A DNA stretch of 64,000 nt from Candidatus Latescibacterota bacterium (GCA_965219995.1 CBDCOX010000002.1:1696001-1760000); one strand, 5' to 3'; shown: positions 9,880 to 20,030, counted from the first letter of the stretch. Notes: a model not told the origin generated them from the letters alone. Made by a program: numbers and translations.

Positions 9880-10596
9880 TCAGGATATCATCAACCGGAA
9901 GCCGATCACCAGCACGAGGGCGAGGATTGCCCTGTTGAACCACACAGCGGACAAACGGGTGTTCAATAGGATCCCGATCCCCACGCCCGCGGCAAGCGTT
10001 GGCAGCATAAAGAGATCCATCCGCCATACTTCCAGGCCCAGGAGGCCCAGTTTCGCGTAAGCCAGCGCCTTCATGGTGTTCAGGGCCAGCCCGACCAGCA
10101 CCGCTGTCGACACAAACACCCGTCCGCTCAGTCCCTGAGGGATCAGATACAACATCAGAATGATGCCGCCGGAATGGGTAAGTACCGAAACGACACCCAG
10201 CGCCACCCCGGCGACCAGGCCCGAGACGGGCGGCGCAGGCGGGAGGCGGTCTCTGAAGGCCTGCAGCAACCCGAATAAACACGCCAGCCCACCCAGCATC
10301 CGCCGGAACCAGAGTTCCGGGATCACGTCCAGCAACACCCAGCCAACCACCACCCCGATCGCCATTCCCGGCAGCAGGATGATTGCGAACCTGGCAACCC
10401 GGTACTTCCAGTAAAACCTGATGGCAATCAGGTCCGCCGCCAGCGAAAGCGGAAGCATGACACCCAGCGCCAGCTTGGCCGGGATCACGAGCGCCAGCAG
10501 CGGCGTCACCACAACGCCCACGCCGCCGCCGAACCCGGCTTTCATGATGCCGATCAGCAGGCCCGCCAGGGCCAGAACCAGATGCGTGACGTCCAA
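9880..10596 (-). CDS. TauE/SafE (TSUP) family transporter
   Basis: KAGFGGGVG, MLP...D, HSGG, multiple TM helices. Confidence 0.85.
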   Translation of the reverse strand: MDVTHLVLALAGLLIGIMKAGFGGGVGVVVTPLLALVIPAKLALGVMLPLSLAADLIAIRFYWKYRVARFAIILLPGMAIGVVVGWVLLDVIPELWFRRMLGGLACLFGLLQAFRDRLPPAPPVSGLVAGVALGVVSVLTHSGGIILMLYLIPQGLSGRVFVSTAVLVGLALNTMKALAYAKLGLLGLEVWRMDLFMLPTLAAGVGIGILLNTRLSAVWFNRAILALVLVIGFRLMIS

Positions 10597-10789
10597 ATGG
10601 CCCCCTGTCTCTGGCGACTACCGGGCTCCGGACCCTCTGTGGCAGACGACAACTGCAATCCGACTGCATGCACCGGACGATGTGGTGAAAAGGACCTTCA
10701 AACGCCCGGACGACAGAGTTGCAAAGTATAACATACGCGGAAACCGGTGAAAAGACAAAACCGAGCCTCTTTCGCCGGTGGCGTTAAGC

Positions 10790-10818
10790 TTGACAGCCTC
10801 CATACTTCTGAATATGTT
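10790..10818 (+). promoter_or_regulatory. Sigma70-type promoter for the YkgJ gene
   Basis: TTGACA-17 bp-TATGTT. Confidence 0.55.
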
Positions 10819-10943
10819 TGGCCCGATTTACGCGATTCAACCGCTTGGGAATACGGGTGCCAACGCACAGGCGACATTGCCCGCGCGCCTCCCGTCGCAA
10901 AGCGCTCCCCGCAGCATCGCACCCGGAATCCGGGAGTCACGTT

Positions 10944-11492
10944 ATGGCGAAGACCTGGAAACGCCTCCTCAAATTCAGATGCACCGGCTGCGGAAACTGC
11001 TGCAGGGAACCCATCGCTCTGGTGACGGACGAGGATATCCGGCGAATCGCGGTCAATACGGGTCAGACTGCCGGGGAGATCGTCGATTTCTACGCACCGG
11101 ATGAGATCGACTGGAGTCTCTCGAATCCGGGATGGATCAGACTCGAGGGCGAACACCGCATCCTTGGCTTGCGCCGGAATGAAGGCGGCTGCAGATTCCT
11201 GGGGAAAGACGACCTCTGTACCATCTATGAATACCGTCCGGTAACCTGCCGCCGGTATCCGTTCAACGTGGAATTCGACGCCCGCGGCGGAATCGCATGC
11301 CTGGACATCAGCGACACGGTCGAATGTCCGTATGAGCTGGACGGCCGCAACTCGCCTGATCAGATCCGAGCCGTGTGCGATTGGGAAGAAACAGAGGAAC
11401 AACCCTACTTCGAGCGGGTCGAATCCTGGAACAGGAAAGGAAGGACAGGGGGGCAAACCGAGTTCTTGAGGTACCTGGGGTTCGACGGGTGA
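10944..11492 (+). CDS. YkgJ family cysteine-cluster (CxxCxxCC) protein
   Basis: FRCTGCGNCC, CRFL, CTIYEYRPVTCRRYPF. Confidence 0.9.
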   Translation: MAKTWKRLLKFRCTGCGNCCREPIALVTDEDIRRIAVNTGQTAGEIVDFYAPDEIDWSLSNPGWIRLEGEHRILGLRRNEGGCRFLGKDDLCTIYEYRPVTCRRYPFNVEFDARGGIACLDISDTVECPYELDGRNSPDQIRAVCDWEETEEQPYFERVESWNRKGRTGGQTEFLRYLGFDG

Positions 11493-11521
11493 GCGCGATG
11501 GTCCGGCGGTCTTGCCCGCGT

Positions 11522-12295
11522 CTATCGGCTGATGCCGGATACCGATCTCTTCAGTTTCCTCAACGCGCAAAACAGCCAGCGTACGTCTTTGATGACCGGC
11601 AAGCGAAAGTAGAGCCCGAGTCCGTATTTGCGCCGCACGGACCAGATCGCCCGGTCGTCGGATTCCTTGCGGCTGATGCTGGCGTCATGGATCCGGTAAG
11701 AGTAGAGGGGCCGCGGCACGTAATGTCCGCGTCCGCGGCGCCTCAGGACGACGTTCAACCAGAGGTCCCAATCCTGATAACGCCGAAGGGACTCGTCGAA
11801 CCCGGGAAAGCTGCTTGCCCGCAGCAACGCGGCGAGATCGACGTAATTGCCTTCCCGCAACCTTGCCGGCTGGAAGGGTCCGGATTTCCAGACCCCCTCC
11901 GGCTCCGGATGCCAGGCGCCATCCCCTTCCTTGAAGTTGAAGCGATCGCAATACACGAAATCCAGACCCGGCCGCGCCGCCCCGTGGAGCGCATCCAGAA
12001 ATGCGGGCGCCATGTAGTTGTCCGCGTCGAAGAAGACCACCCATTCGGCAGAGACCTGAGCGAATCCGAAATTTCGGGATCGGTTCGCGTTCTGAAACCC
12101 GACACGGTGGTATTCCACGTCCGGAAACTGCCGGACGACGGCCTCGGTCTCGTCGGTGCTGGCATCGTCCACGACCAGAACGGTCGCCGGTTTCAATGCC
12201 TGCGCCTCAATCGAACGCAGGCATTGCCGAAGGTAACGGCCGTAGTTGTGACAGGTGACAATAACGGCAATATCCGCCTTGCGCTCCGGTCTCAT
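11522..12295 (-). CDS. Glycosyltransferase family 2
   Basis: VVDDASTD, SRNFG, FFDAD (DxD), QDWDLW; the 17 extra N-terminal codons in the ORF track come from the adjacent repeat. Confidence 0.88.
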   Translation of the reverse strand: MRPERKADIAVIVTCHNYGRYLRQCLRSIEAQALKPATVLVVDDASTDETEAVVRQFPDVEYHRVGFQNANRSRNFGFAQVSAEWVVFFDADNYMAPAFLDALHGAARPGLDFVYCDRFNFKEGDGAWHPEPEGVWKSGPFQPARLREGNYVDLAALLRASSFPGFDESLRRYQDWDLWLNVVLRRRGRGHYVPRPLYSYRIHDASISRKESDDRAIWSVRRKYGLGLYFRLPVIKDVRWLFCALRKLKRSVSGISR

Positions 12296-12301
12296 CCTTA
12301 C

Positions 12302-12492
12302 CCTTGATTCGTCATTATTCGGGGACGTTAATTCGAAGTTGTGCAAGTGAATAAAGGCGATTTAACTGCTGATTTCTATGATGCTTCCGGTCACTGGACG
12401 TGAACGAAAAAAATGTCCTTCCGGACGACCTATTCTGCCCAATTCGGAAGGTCTTGTTGCGGTGGAGCGTTGCTGCTTTTGTTGAATTCAGA
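12302..12492 (-). mobile_element. MITE-like element, family A, copy 1 (IS1380-like ends)
   Basis: 12302-12431 matches 60152-60281 inverted (6 mismatches in 130 bp by eye); ends CCTTGATTCG...TGAATTCAGA; flanks CTTAC/CTAAC. Confidence 0.75.
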
Positions 12493-12510
12493 CTAACCGT
12501 CCGTTGATCG

Positions 12511-13500
12511 TCATCGCACGGAGGCCTGCCCTCTCGCCTTGCGCAGCAGTTCGACCTGGTATTCCAGACCGAGCAACCCTTCTTCTCCTGTTACGACGGC
12601 CCGACGGCCCGTGCCGCGCACGGCGGAAACGAAGGCCTCGACCAGAATGTGGAGAAAATCGTCACACTCAAACGATTCACTCCCGTGAAGAAGCCGCGCG
12701 CGGTAGATCCCGCCCGTATCCGCATACCCTTCCCAATCCACCATAAAGCCGTTGACGCCGAACCGCCGGGCCGGAACGCCCTCGTCGATATCCCGCAATA
12801 CCAGCTCTACAGCGCAGTTGCCGCGGGCGCCGACGTAGTCGAAACTCGCCCGATTCTCACGCGCTTCGATTTCGCAGACGGCCGACGCAGCGTCCATTCT
12901 GCCGTCCGGAAGAAAGCCGATTACCAGACTCAAGGCGTGCGGGGCAACGTCGGCCCAGATTTCCTCGAAGTATTTCGGACCTTTTCGGCCCTTCACCTCC
13001 ATCTCCATCGAAATACGGGTCACGTCGTCCCACGACCCGCGGACCCGCTCGTAGAGCGCCCTGTAGTGCGGAATGCCCGCCGGATACTGTGCGGACACCC
13101 CAAGCAGACGTCCGGCGTCCCGTGCTCGCGCCACGATCGCCCGGCCGTCTTCGAGAATCTCGTCCAGCTCTTTTTCTTTGTCCCAGCAGAACGGTTTCTC
13201 ACAGAGCACGTGGGCCCCGGCCTCGAGGGCCGCGAGCGCGTGATCCCTGTGGGTCGGGTACGGGCTCGTTACCGCGACAATGTCAGGGGCTTCCGCCCGA
13301 AGCATCTCCTCCACGTCCAGGTACGCCCGGCCGCTGAATCCGAAATACGACGCCAGCCGTGCGCGGGTGCGATCGCACGACTCGCGCGACGTACCGGCAA
13401 ACGCAACCACCTCGCACCCCGAGAGATCGTACCACCGGGCGTGATGCTGGCCGATGCCGCTGGCGCCGATGACGGCGACTCTGAGAGGTCTGTTGATCAT
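12511..13500 (-). CDS. Gfo/Idh/MocA family oxidoreductase
   Basis: VAVIGASGIG, HVLCEKP, DVAPH. Confidence 0.88.
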   Translation of the reverse strand: MINRPLRVAVIGASGIGQHHARWYDLSGCEVVAFAGTSRESCDRTRARLASYFGFSGRAYLDVEEMLRAEAPDIVAVTSPYPTHRDHALAALEAGAHVLCEKPFCWDKEKELDEILEDGRAIVARARDAGRLLGVSAQYPAGIPHYRALYERVRGSWDDVTRISMEMEVKGRKGPKYFEEIWADVAPHALSLVIGFLPDGRMDAASAVCEIEARENRASFDYVGARGNCAVELVLRDIDEGVPARRFGVNGFMVDWEGYADTGGIYRARLLHGSESFECDDFLHILVEAFVSAVRGTGRRAVVTGEEGLLGLEYQVELLRKARGQASVR

Positions 13501-13893
13501 GGATTCACCCCGATAGCGAGTTCGAAGCCGGTTTCACGTAAAATAGAAATCCTCGATATCGTATCCAATTATTTTTTCCCTCGCTGTGCGCGAGTCCGTC
13601 CGCATCCGTCGCGCGGGGTGATCGGTGGCGTGAAGACCGAATTTTGACGCGGTCGTTTTTCGCGACATCCTGTCCGCAAAGGAGACCGCACTGTGAACGC
13701 GCAGGAAAGTCTTCCTGTTTTTGGCCCGTAAAGGAAACCCTTGTTTTTTTTCTGCTTTTTGATATTTTTAGACTCCCTCGTCTGTCGATTCATCGCTGAA
13801 TGGATCCGCTGAGCCATCGTGTACCAACGTCGCGCGGGCCTGGAGTATCGCGCTCATGCCTGCTATGCTCTTCCGTCCGCAAGGAGGACGTGG

Positions 13894-14403
13894 ATGATTA
13901 AAGAAAGTGTCCAGGCCGCCTTGAACGAACAATTGAACTCCGAGCTGTACGCCTCTTATTATTATCTTTCGATGTCCGCCTACTTTCATGCCACCAACCT
14001 GACGGGATTCGCATCCTGGATGCGCGCGCAGGCCCAGGAGGAATTGATGCACGCGATGAAGGTCTACGACTTTATCAACGACCGCGAGGGCGAGGTGGCA
14101 CTCACCACGGTCGCGGCGCCCAAACGGCAATGGGATGATTCCCTGGCGGCATTCGAAGATGCCTATCAGCACGAGAAGGCGGTAACCGCCCAGATATACG
14201 ACCTGGTGGACCTCAGCGTCAAGGAAAGAGACCACGCCACCAATACTTTCCTGCAGTGGTTCGTCACCGAACAGGTTGAAGAAGAGGCCACCGCAAGCGA
14301 TATCGTCAACAAGCTGAAACTGGTCGGCAACGACGGCAACGGCCTGTTCATTCTGGATCGTGATCTGGGTGCTCGAGGCCCGGATACCGAAGAAGAGGAT
14401 TGA
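13894..14403 (+). CDS. ftnA: Non-heme ferritin
   Basis: ALNEQLNSE, YLSMS, QAQEELMHA, HE, FLQWFVTEQVEEE; AAGGAGG RBS. Confidence 0.95.
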   Translation: MIKESVQAALNEQLNSELYASYYYLSMSAYFHATNLTGFASWMRAQAQEELMHAMKVYDFINDREGEVALTTVAAPKRQWDDSLAAFEDAYQHEKAVTAQIYDLVDLSVKERDHATNTFLQWFVTEQVEEEATASDIVNKLKLVGNDGNGLFILDRDLGARGPDTEEED

Positions 14404-14482
14404 ACAGCAAGGCCGTCCGGCCGGCCCGCCGGCGAGAAGCCTCATTACGAATTCTTCGCAGAAAAAAATCCTAATTCCTGTA

Positions 14483-14511
14483 TTGACAAATCGTTAATCG
14501 TATGTTATCTT
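14483..14511 (+). promoter_or_regulatory. Strong sigma70-type promoter with extended -10
   Basis: TTGACA(14483)-17 bp-TATCTT with TG at 14503-14504, AT-rich upstream. Confidence 0.75.
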
Positions 14512-14517
14512 GCTATT

Positions 14518-14810
14518 TCACAGGGCTTTCTGTACATAGAAAGTCCCTGAAGCAAGTTCGGAAGTCGGAGTCGAACGCGGTTTCACCCGCCACCCCTCGG
14601 CATTGAAACGTTGATTCCGGCGAACAACAACTCTCCGGCCGGGTACGCACCGGGGCGGAGAACCTGGAATTCCGTACCAGGAAGTCGTATCGGGAAACGT
14701 CACCCCTGAATGGTTCCCGGTTGAATCTTCAGCTTTCCCCGCGGGTTCAACGCCTCGCCCCGAGAGGGGTTGAACTTTCCGAAGTTTCCTTCTCCCTTTT
14801 TCGCTTCCTC
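14518..14810 (+). ncRNA. Candidate structured RNA (sRNA or sigma-factor leader), family unassigned
   Basis: Six consecutive hairpins directly after the promoter, ending in a long stem and pyrimidine run; no convincing ORF. Confidence 0.55.
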
Positions 14811-14989
14811 CCCTTTCCAGATTGTGCTGTTCACGTTCACGGTCGGCGCTTTCGAGCCTGTGTGTCGCGGGCAGTGTGTTTTGCCCGACCAGGATCTGTC
14901 CGCGCGCGAGTCCCGGTCGTTTCCGGATGGATCGACGTGACGCCGGGTACCGGCACGCAGCCGACCGCACCATTGTCTGGGGGAAAGAA

Positions 14990-15871
14990 ATGCCTGCAAC
15001 AGCAGCGAGCCAGCAGAATGGAATCTCGTCACGGGGAAAAAAGCGGTCAGCACTCGAGCTCTATCTCAAGGACATCGCCTATAACGACTTGCTGACGCCA
15101 CAACAGGAAGTGGCGCTGGCCAAGCGTATCCGGGCCGGAGACCGCAAGAGCCTGGAACAGATGGTCGAGTCCAACCTCCGGTTCGTCATCACCATCGCCA
15201 AGGAATATCAGGGACGCGGCTTGCCCCTTGAAGACCTGATTGCCGAGGGTAATCTGGGGCTGGTTCGCGCGGCGACGCGGTACGATGAAACAGTTGGTGT
15301 CAAGTTTACTACCTATGCTGTCTGGTGGATCCGGCAGGGCATTCTCTCATCGCTTGCGGAAAAGGCCCGTATGGTCCGCCTGCCGGTGAACAAGATCAAA
15401 CATCTGTGCCGGATGGAACGGATCGCCTCGAACCTCAAACAGAAACTTGGCAGAGAACCGAGCATCGACGAGATCGCGGTGGGGGCGGACATGCAGCCCA
15501 AACAGGCGCAGGACCTGCTGAACGCTTCGCGTTGGCACGTGTCCCTGGATATGCCGCTGGAAGAGGGCCCGGATTCGTCTCTGCTCGAAGTGCTCGAAGA
15601 CAAGGACCAGGTATCGCCAGAAAACGAAGTGATGGAACAGGCGATGGCCGAAGAAATCCGAGCCGCGCTGGATTCCCTGTCTTCCCGCGAAGCGCGTATC
15701 TTGCGGCTCTACTTCGGCATCAATGGCCAGGACACCATGACGCTGGAACAGATCGGCAATCAACTCAGCCTCACCAAGGAACGCGTCCGGCAGATTCGGG
15801 ACAAAGCCCTTGCCGCGCTTAAACATCCGTCGCGAATGCGGAAGATCCGCGCATACCTTACGGAGAACTGA
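14990..15871 (+). CDS. RpoD/SigA-family sigma-70 factor lacking region 1.1
   Basis: YLKDI, NLRFVITIAK, DLIAEGNLGL, KFTTYAVWWIRQ, SLD, TLEQIG...ERVRQI. Confidence 0.93.
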   Translation: MPATAASQQNGISSRGKKRSALELYLKDIAYNDLLTPQQEVALAKRIRAGDRKSLEQMVESNLRFVITIAKEYQGRGLPLEDLIAEGNLGLVRAATRYDETVGVKFTTYAVWWIRQGILSSLAEKARMVRLPVNKIKHLCRMERIASNLKQKLGREPSIDEIAVGADMQPKQAQDLLNASRWHVSLDMPLEEGPDSSLLEVLEDKDQVSPENEVMEQAMAEEIRAALDSLSSREARILRLYFGINGQDTMTLEQIGNQLSLTKERVRQIRDKALAALKHPSRMRKIRAYLTEN

Positions 15872-15876
15872 GCATC

Positions 15877-16311
15877 GTGGCAGACGATACGGCCAACAGT
15901 CCGGAAGCTCCTTTAAGGGGCGCCGTGTCCCCCGTTCTGGACATCGTGGGGGTGCATCACATCACCCTCGTCGTTCGTAACGTGAATCGATCCAGGTCCT
16001 TTTATGAGAAATTTCTGGGCCTGGACCCCATTCCGCGGCCCGATTACGATTTCGAAGGCGCCTGGTTTCAGTGCGGGAGTGTCGAAATACACCTCCTTGT
16101 TGCGGAAGAACACCCGGATCCGTCGAGGCGCCACATCGCGCTCGAAGTCACCGACTTTGCGCGCGTGATCAAATCTCTCGATGGCGAGTGGGTGCACGTC
16201 GTGGGCGGTCCGGGCGTCAGACCGCACGACGGAAGCCGGTTCGTGTTTCTCCAGGACCCCGATGGGAATCTGATAGAAATCACCTGCCGGAGTTTAAAAG
16301 AAAAAGATTGA
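15877..16311 (+). CDS. VOC/glyoxalase family protein
   Basis: HHITL, FYEKFLGL, EIHL, HIAL, DPDGNLIE. Confidence 0.88.
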   Translation: MADDTANSPEAPLRGAVSPVLDIVGVHHITLVVRNVNRSRSFYEKFLGLDPIPRPDYDFEGAWFQCGSVEIHLLVAEEHPDPSRRHIALEVTDFARVIKSLDGEWVHVVGGPGVRPHDGSRFVFLQDPDGNLIEITCRSLKEKD

Positions 16312-16395
16312 ACGGCCGGTGGATGCAGAATGGGCAACGGGCCGCGACAGCTGTCGCGGCCCGTTGCCTATTTGGTGCGGTCGACAGATAAGGAG

Positions 16396-17847
16396 CTACA
16401 CGCCCTTCCTCGCACGCAGCACGGGCTTTCGAGCGGCCGTTGCTTCGTCCAGCCGCCGAACGGGCGTGTGGTGCGGGGCATTGTGCAACAGTTCGGGGTT
16501 TTTCTCCGCTTCGTCCGCAATACGGATCATCGCCTCGACAAATTCGTCAATCTGCTCCAGGCTCTCTGTCTCCGTGGGTTCAATCAGCATGGCTTCCGGC
16601 GCTACCCTCGGCAGCGGAAAATAAATCGTGGGCGGATGATGGCCATAGTCGATCAGTCTCTTGGCGATATCCAGGGCGTTTACGCCACTGGCCTTCTTCT
16701 GCCGCGACGCCGAGAACACCATTTCGTGCATGGGCTGCGCCGATTTGGGACGATCGAAGGTTCCGTCCAGGCGGCTGGCGATATAATTCGCGTTCAGAAC
16801 GGCCATTTCGCTTGTACGCCGCATGCCTTCCGCGCCGAGCATTCTGGCGTAGACATAGGCGCGGATCACCATCCCGAAATTTCCGAAGAACGTACTGACC
16901 TTGCCGATCGACCGCGGGCGATCGTAATCCAGTCCGAAGAGATCGCCTTTTCTCGTGACGACGGGGACGGGCAGAAAGGGCATTAGCGCTTCCTTTACAC
17001 CGACCGGCCCGGACCCCGGCCCGCCGCCCCCATGCGGGGTGGTGAAGGTCTTGTGCAAGTTGATGTGGACGACGTCGAAACCCATATCTCCGGGCCGGCA
17101 TTGTCCCAGGAATGCGTTTAAATTTGCGCCGTCGTAATAGAGCAACCCGCCGCCGTCGTGGACGACCTGTTGGATTTCCAGGATTTCATCCTCGAACACG
17201 CCGAAAGTATTGGGATTGGTCAGCATCAGTCCCGCGACCCGATCGTTCATCTTTGCCTTCAGATCCGCGACGTCGACGGTTCCGCGGTCCGTAGACTTCA
17301 ATGTCTCCACCCGAAAGCCGCACATCGCCGCGGTCGCGGGGTTTGTTCCGTGAGCGGAATCGGGAATCAGCACGATTTGCCTGCGATCCTGCCTCTCGCG
17401 GTGGTACGCCGCGATGAGGGAGATGCCGACGAATTCACCCTGCGCTCCGGCGGCCGGCTGAAACGTAAAGCCGTCCATTCCCGTTACGGCCGCCAGTATC
17501 CCGTCCATTTCCCACAGGACGCGTAACGCCGCCTGGGAGGAAGCTGCGTCCGCGAGGGGATGCAATTCCGCGAAATCGGGCAGACGTGCGGCGCGTTCGT
17601 GTATTTTGGGATTGTACTTCATCGTGCACGAACCCAGCGGGTAGAATGCGGTATCGATGCTGAAGTTCATGGACGAGAGATTCACGTAATGCCGTACCAG
17701 TTCCAGTTCGCTGACTTCCGGCAGCGCGGGCGCTTCATTCCGATGCATTTCATCCGGTATGGGTACAATCGGATCACCCGCATCCGGGTATGTCGTACAA
17801 CGCCGCCCCGTTTCACCGCGTTCAAATATCAGCAGATCCCGATCCAT
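16396..17847 (-). CDS. gcvPB: Glycine dehydrogenase (decarboxylating) subunit 2
   Basis: PLGSCTMKYNP, SAHGTNPA, NLHKTF (PLP Lys), PHGGGGPG, EPTETES. Confidence 0.96.
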   Translation of the reverse strand: MDRDLLIFERGETGRRCTTYPDAGDPIVPIPDEMHRNEAPALPEVSELELVRHYVNLSSMNFSIDTAFYPLGSCTMKYNPKIHERAARLPDFAELHPLADAASSQAALRVLWEMDGILAAVTGMDGFTFQPAAGAQGEFVGISLIAAYHRERQDRRQIVLIPDSAHGTNPATAAMCGFRVETLKSTDRGTVDVADLKAKMNDRVAGLMLTNPNTFGVFEDEILEIQQVVHDGGGLLYYDGANLNAFLGQCRPGDMGFDVVHINLHKTFTTPHGGGGPGSGPVGVKEALMPFLPVPVVTRKGDLFGLDYDRPRSIGKVSTFFGNFGMVIRAYVYARMLGAEGMRRTSEMAVLNANYIASRLDGTFDRPKSAQPMHEMVFSASRQKKASGVNALDIAKRLIDYGHHPPTIYFPLPRVAPEAMLIEPTETESLEQIDEFVEAMIRIADEAEKNPELLHNAPHHTPVRRLDEATAARKPVLRARKGV

Positions 17848-19184
17848 CAGAGTTCTCTCCAGGCCTCAACCAGTCGCGCCACGTCCGCTCCTGTCTTCGT
17901 TTCGGTCACACATGTCAGAACGCACCGCTCCAATTCGGGGAAGAACCGTCCCAGATCGATGCCGCCGGCGATGCCCTTTTCCCGCAGCGACTGGAGCGCT
18001 TCACGCGCAGGACCGGGCGTTTCGATCACGAACTCGTTGAACGACGCGCCGGAGAACTTGAGGGAGAGCCCGTCGACGTCACTCAGCGCGGAGGCCGCTT
18101 CGTGACTGCGGTTCCAGTTCAGGGTTCCCACCTCCCGCAGGCCATCCGGACCCAGCGATGCAAGATAGACGGTCGCGGCTGTCGCGCACAGCGTCTGATT
18201 CGTGCAGATATTCGAGGTCGCCCGTTCCCGGCGAATATGCTGTTCGCGCGTCTGCAGCGTCATCACGAACCCGCGCTTCCCATCCGCGTCGGTCGTCTGG
18301 CCGACCACCCGTCCGGGCATCCGTCGAATATGCTGTTCGCGCGTGGCGAACATTCCCACGTAGGGCCCGCCGTAGGACAATGGCAGACCCAGAGGCTGAC
18401 CGTCGCCCACGACAATGTCCGCGCCGAAGTCTCCCGGCGGCCGGATCACACCCAGAGAAATCGGATTCACCGCCGCGACATACGCGGTTTTGCGATTCTG
18501 CAACAGGCTTCCCAATGCGTCCAGCGGTTCCAGCACACCTAAAAAATTCGGATTCTGCACAACGACCGCGGCGGTGTCGTCGTTCAACTCCGACTCGACC
18601 CGTTCCAGGTCGATCGTTCCCGCATCCGTCCAGGGGATTTCCGCCAATTCCAATCCGATGCCGTGCACATATGTCTCGACGACGCGCCGGTAGAAGGGGT
18701 GCAGGCTGCGCGGCACCAGCACCCGGCCGCCGTCGTTAATCCTCACAGCCATCATCACCGCCTCGGCAAGGGCGGACGCACCGTCGTACATGGAGGCATT
18801 GGCCGCCTCCATGCCGGTCAGTTCGCAGACCATCGTCTGGAATTCGAAAATCGCACGCAGCGTACCCTGGCTCACCTCCGCCTGATAAGGCGTATATGCC
18901 GTGTAGAACTCGCTGCGCGAAATCATCGCATCGACGACGCTGGGCGTAAAATGCTCGTAGGCCCCACCGCCCACGAACGAAAGCGCGGGCGCCTGCTCCC
19001 GCGCCGATCGCGCGAGATCCTGTACCAGGCCCAACGCCTCCATTTCGCTGATCCCTGCGGGCAGGTCCAGGGATGCCAGCCGAAGGGTTTCCGGAACGGG
19101 ATCGAACAGCGCCGCTGTCGAATCGATCCCGATCGCTTCCAGCATCTTCTGTATATCTTGATCCGTATGCGGAGTATAATTCAC
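17847..19184 (-). CDS. gcvPA: Glycine dehydrogenase (decarboxylating) subunit 1
   Basis: YTAYTPYQAEVSQG, NASMYDG, GGPY, REQHIRRERATSNICTN. Confidence 0.96.
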   Translation of the reverse strand: MNYTPHTDQDIQKMLEAIGIDSTAALFDPVPETLRLASLDLPAGISEMEALGLVQDLARSAREQAPALSFVGGGAYEHFTPSVVDAMISRSEFYTAYTPYQAEVSQGTLRAIFEFQTMVCELTGMEAANASMYDGASALAEAVMMAVRINDGGRVLVPRSLHPFYRRVVETYVHGIGLELAEIPWTDAGTIDLERVESELNDDTAAVVVQNPNFLGVLEPLDALGSLLQNRKTAYVAAVNPISLGVIRPPGDFGADIVVGDGQPLGLPLSYGGPYVGMFATREQHIRRMPGRVVGQTTDADGKRGFVMTLQTREQHIRRERATSNICTNQTLCATAATVYLASLGPDGLREVGTLNWNRSHEAASALSDVDGLSLKFSGASFNEFVIETPGPAREALQSLREKGIAGGIDLGRFFPELERCVLTCVTETKTGADVARLVEAWREL

Positions 19185-19221
19185 TGGCAGAACCTCGAAT
19201 ATTGAAACGGTTCAGCGGTTT

Positions 19222-19950
19222 CTATCTCTTCCGATAGGTATAATCCAAAGCATCTCCGGGTTGCCACCCCAGAATCCGCTTCGCTTTCTCGTTTGAAAAC
19301 TGCCCGTGCGGGCGATCACTGAAAATATTGAACGCCTCGCAACGCGACGGCAATTCGTCCAGTTCGATGGTCAACCCGGGCACGAACGCCGCGGCCGCGT
19401 CGCGCCAGGATACCAGAAACGACCGGTCCCGGGCCGGCTCCGTCGACACGTCGTGATCCCGGAAGATGTAGAACAGATAACACAACACGTAGACGTCGCA
19501 ATGCAACGTAAAGATCCGGCAGATTTCCTGGCCCAGCCCCTTGGACAGCGCATACAGATTCGTACCTGGCTTCGGCGGCACGTCCGGGCCGATTCCATGG
19601 TCCCACGCCTCATAGGGTGCGCCCTGTACTGTAAAATGCGGACCCGTGTTGATGACTCGCCGGATCCCGTTCCTGACCGCCGCGCGCATGATGTTGTAAC
19701 ACCCGAGCGTGTTGACGTCGAATGCGACCTTTCGATGCGGCCGTAAGACGGACAGGTTGATGATCGCATCCATTCCCTCGGCCGCGCGCATCACCGCATC
19801 CGGGTCCGCCACGTCCACGGGCATCATCTCGTGCGGGGTGTCTAACGGGTCCAGATCCGTTATGCGCAGCGAAACCTGCTCCTCCAGGGCCTTCACGACA
19901 TGAGGCCCCAGCATGCCGTTGCCGCCATAAATCACAACCTTCATTTCCAT
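19222..19950 (-). CDS. NAD(P)-dependent epimerase/dehydratase (SDR), paralog 1
   Basis: GGNGMLG, YALSK; near copy of 20031-20771. Confidence 0.85.
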   Translation of the reverse strand: MEMKVVIYGGNGMLGPHVVKALEEQVSLRITDLDPLDTPHEMMPVDVADPDAVMRAAEGMDAIINLSVLRPHRKVAFDVNTLGCYNIMRAAVRNGIRRVINTGPHFTVQGAPYEAWDHGIGPDVPPKPGTNLYALSKGLGQEICRIFTLHCDVYVLCYLFYIFRDHDVSTEPARDRSFLVSWRDAAAAFVPGLTIELDELPSRCEAFNIFSDRPHGQFSNEKAKRILGWQPGDALDYTYRKR

Positions 19951-20030
19951 CTCCAATCGCGCCCGGACATCCGTGACGTTTGCGGCGCGCCGTATGATGT
20001 ACCGGCGCCGGCCCGCGGATTCCCGGTTGT

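Noticed and set aside
9098-10669. 523-aa ORF suggesting a TauE-PuuD fusion; likewise the extended ORFs at 7071-8213 and 19222-20511
   Set aside because: N-terminal extensions run out of frame through the upstream gene; real starts lie downstream
16396-19184. gcvPA/PB separated from gcvH with gcvT absent
   Set aside because: Split gcv loci are common; gcvT may lie outside the window
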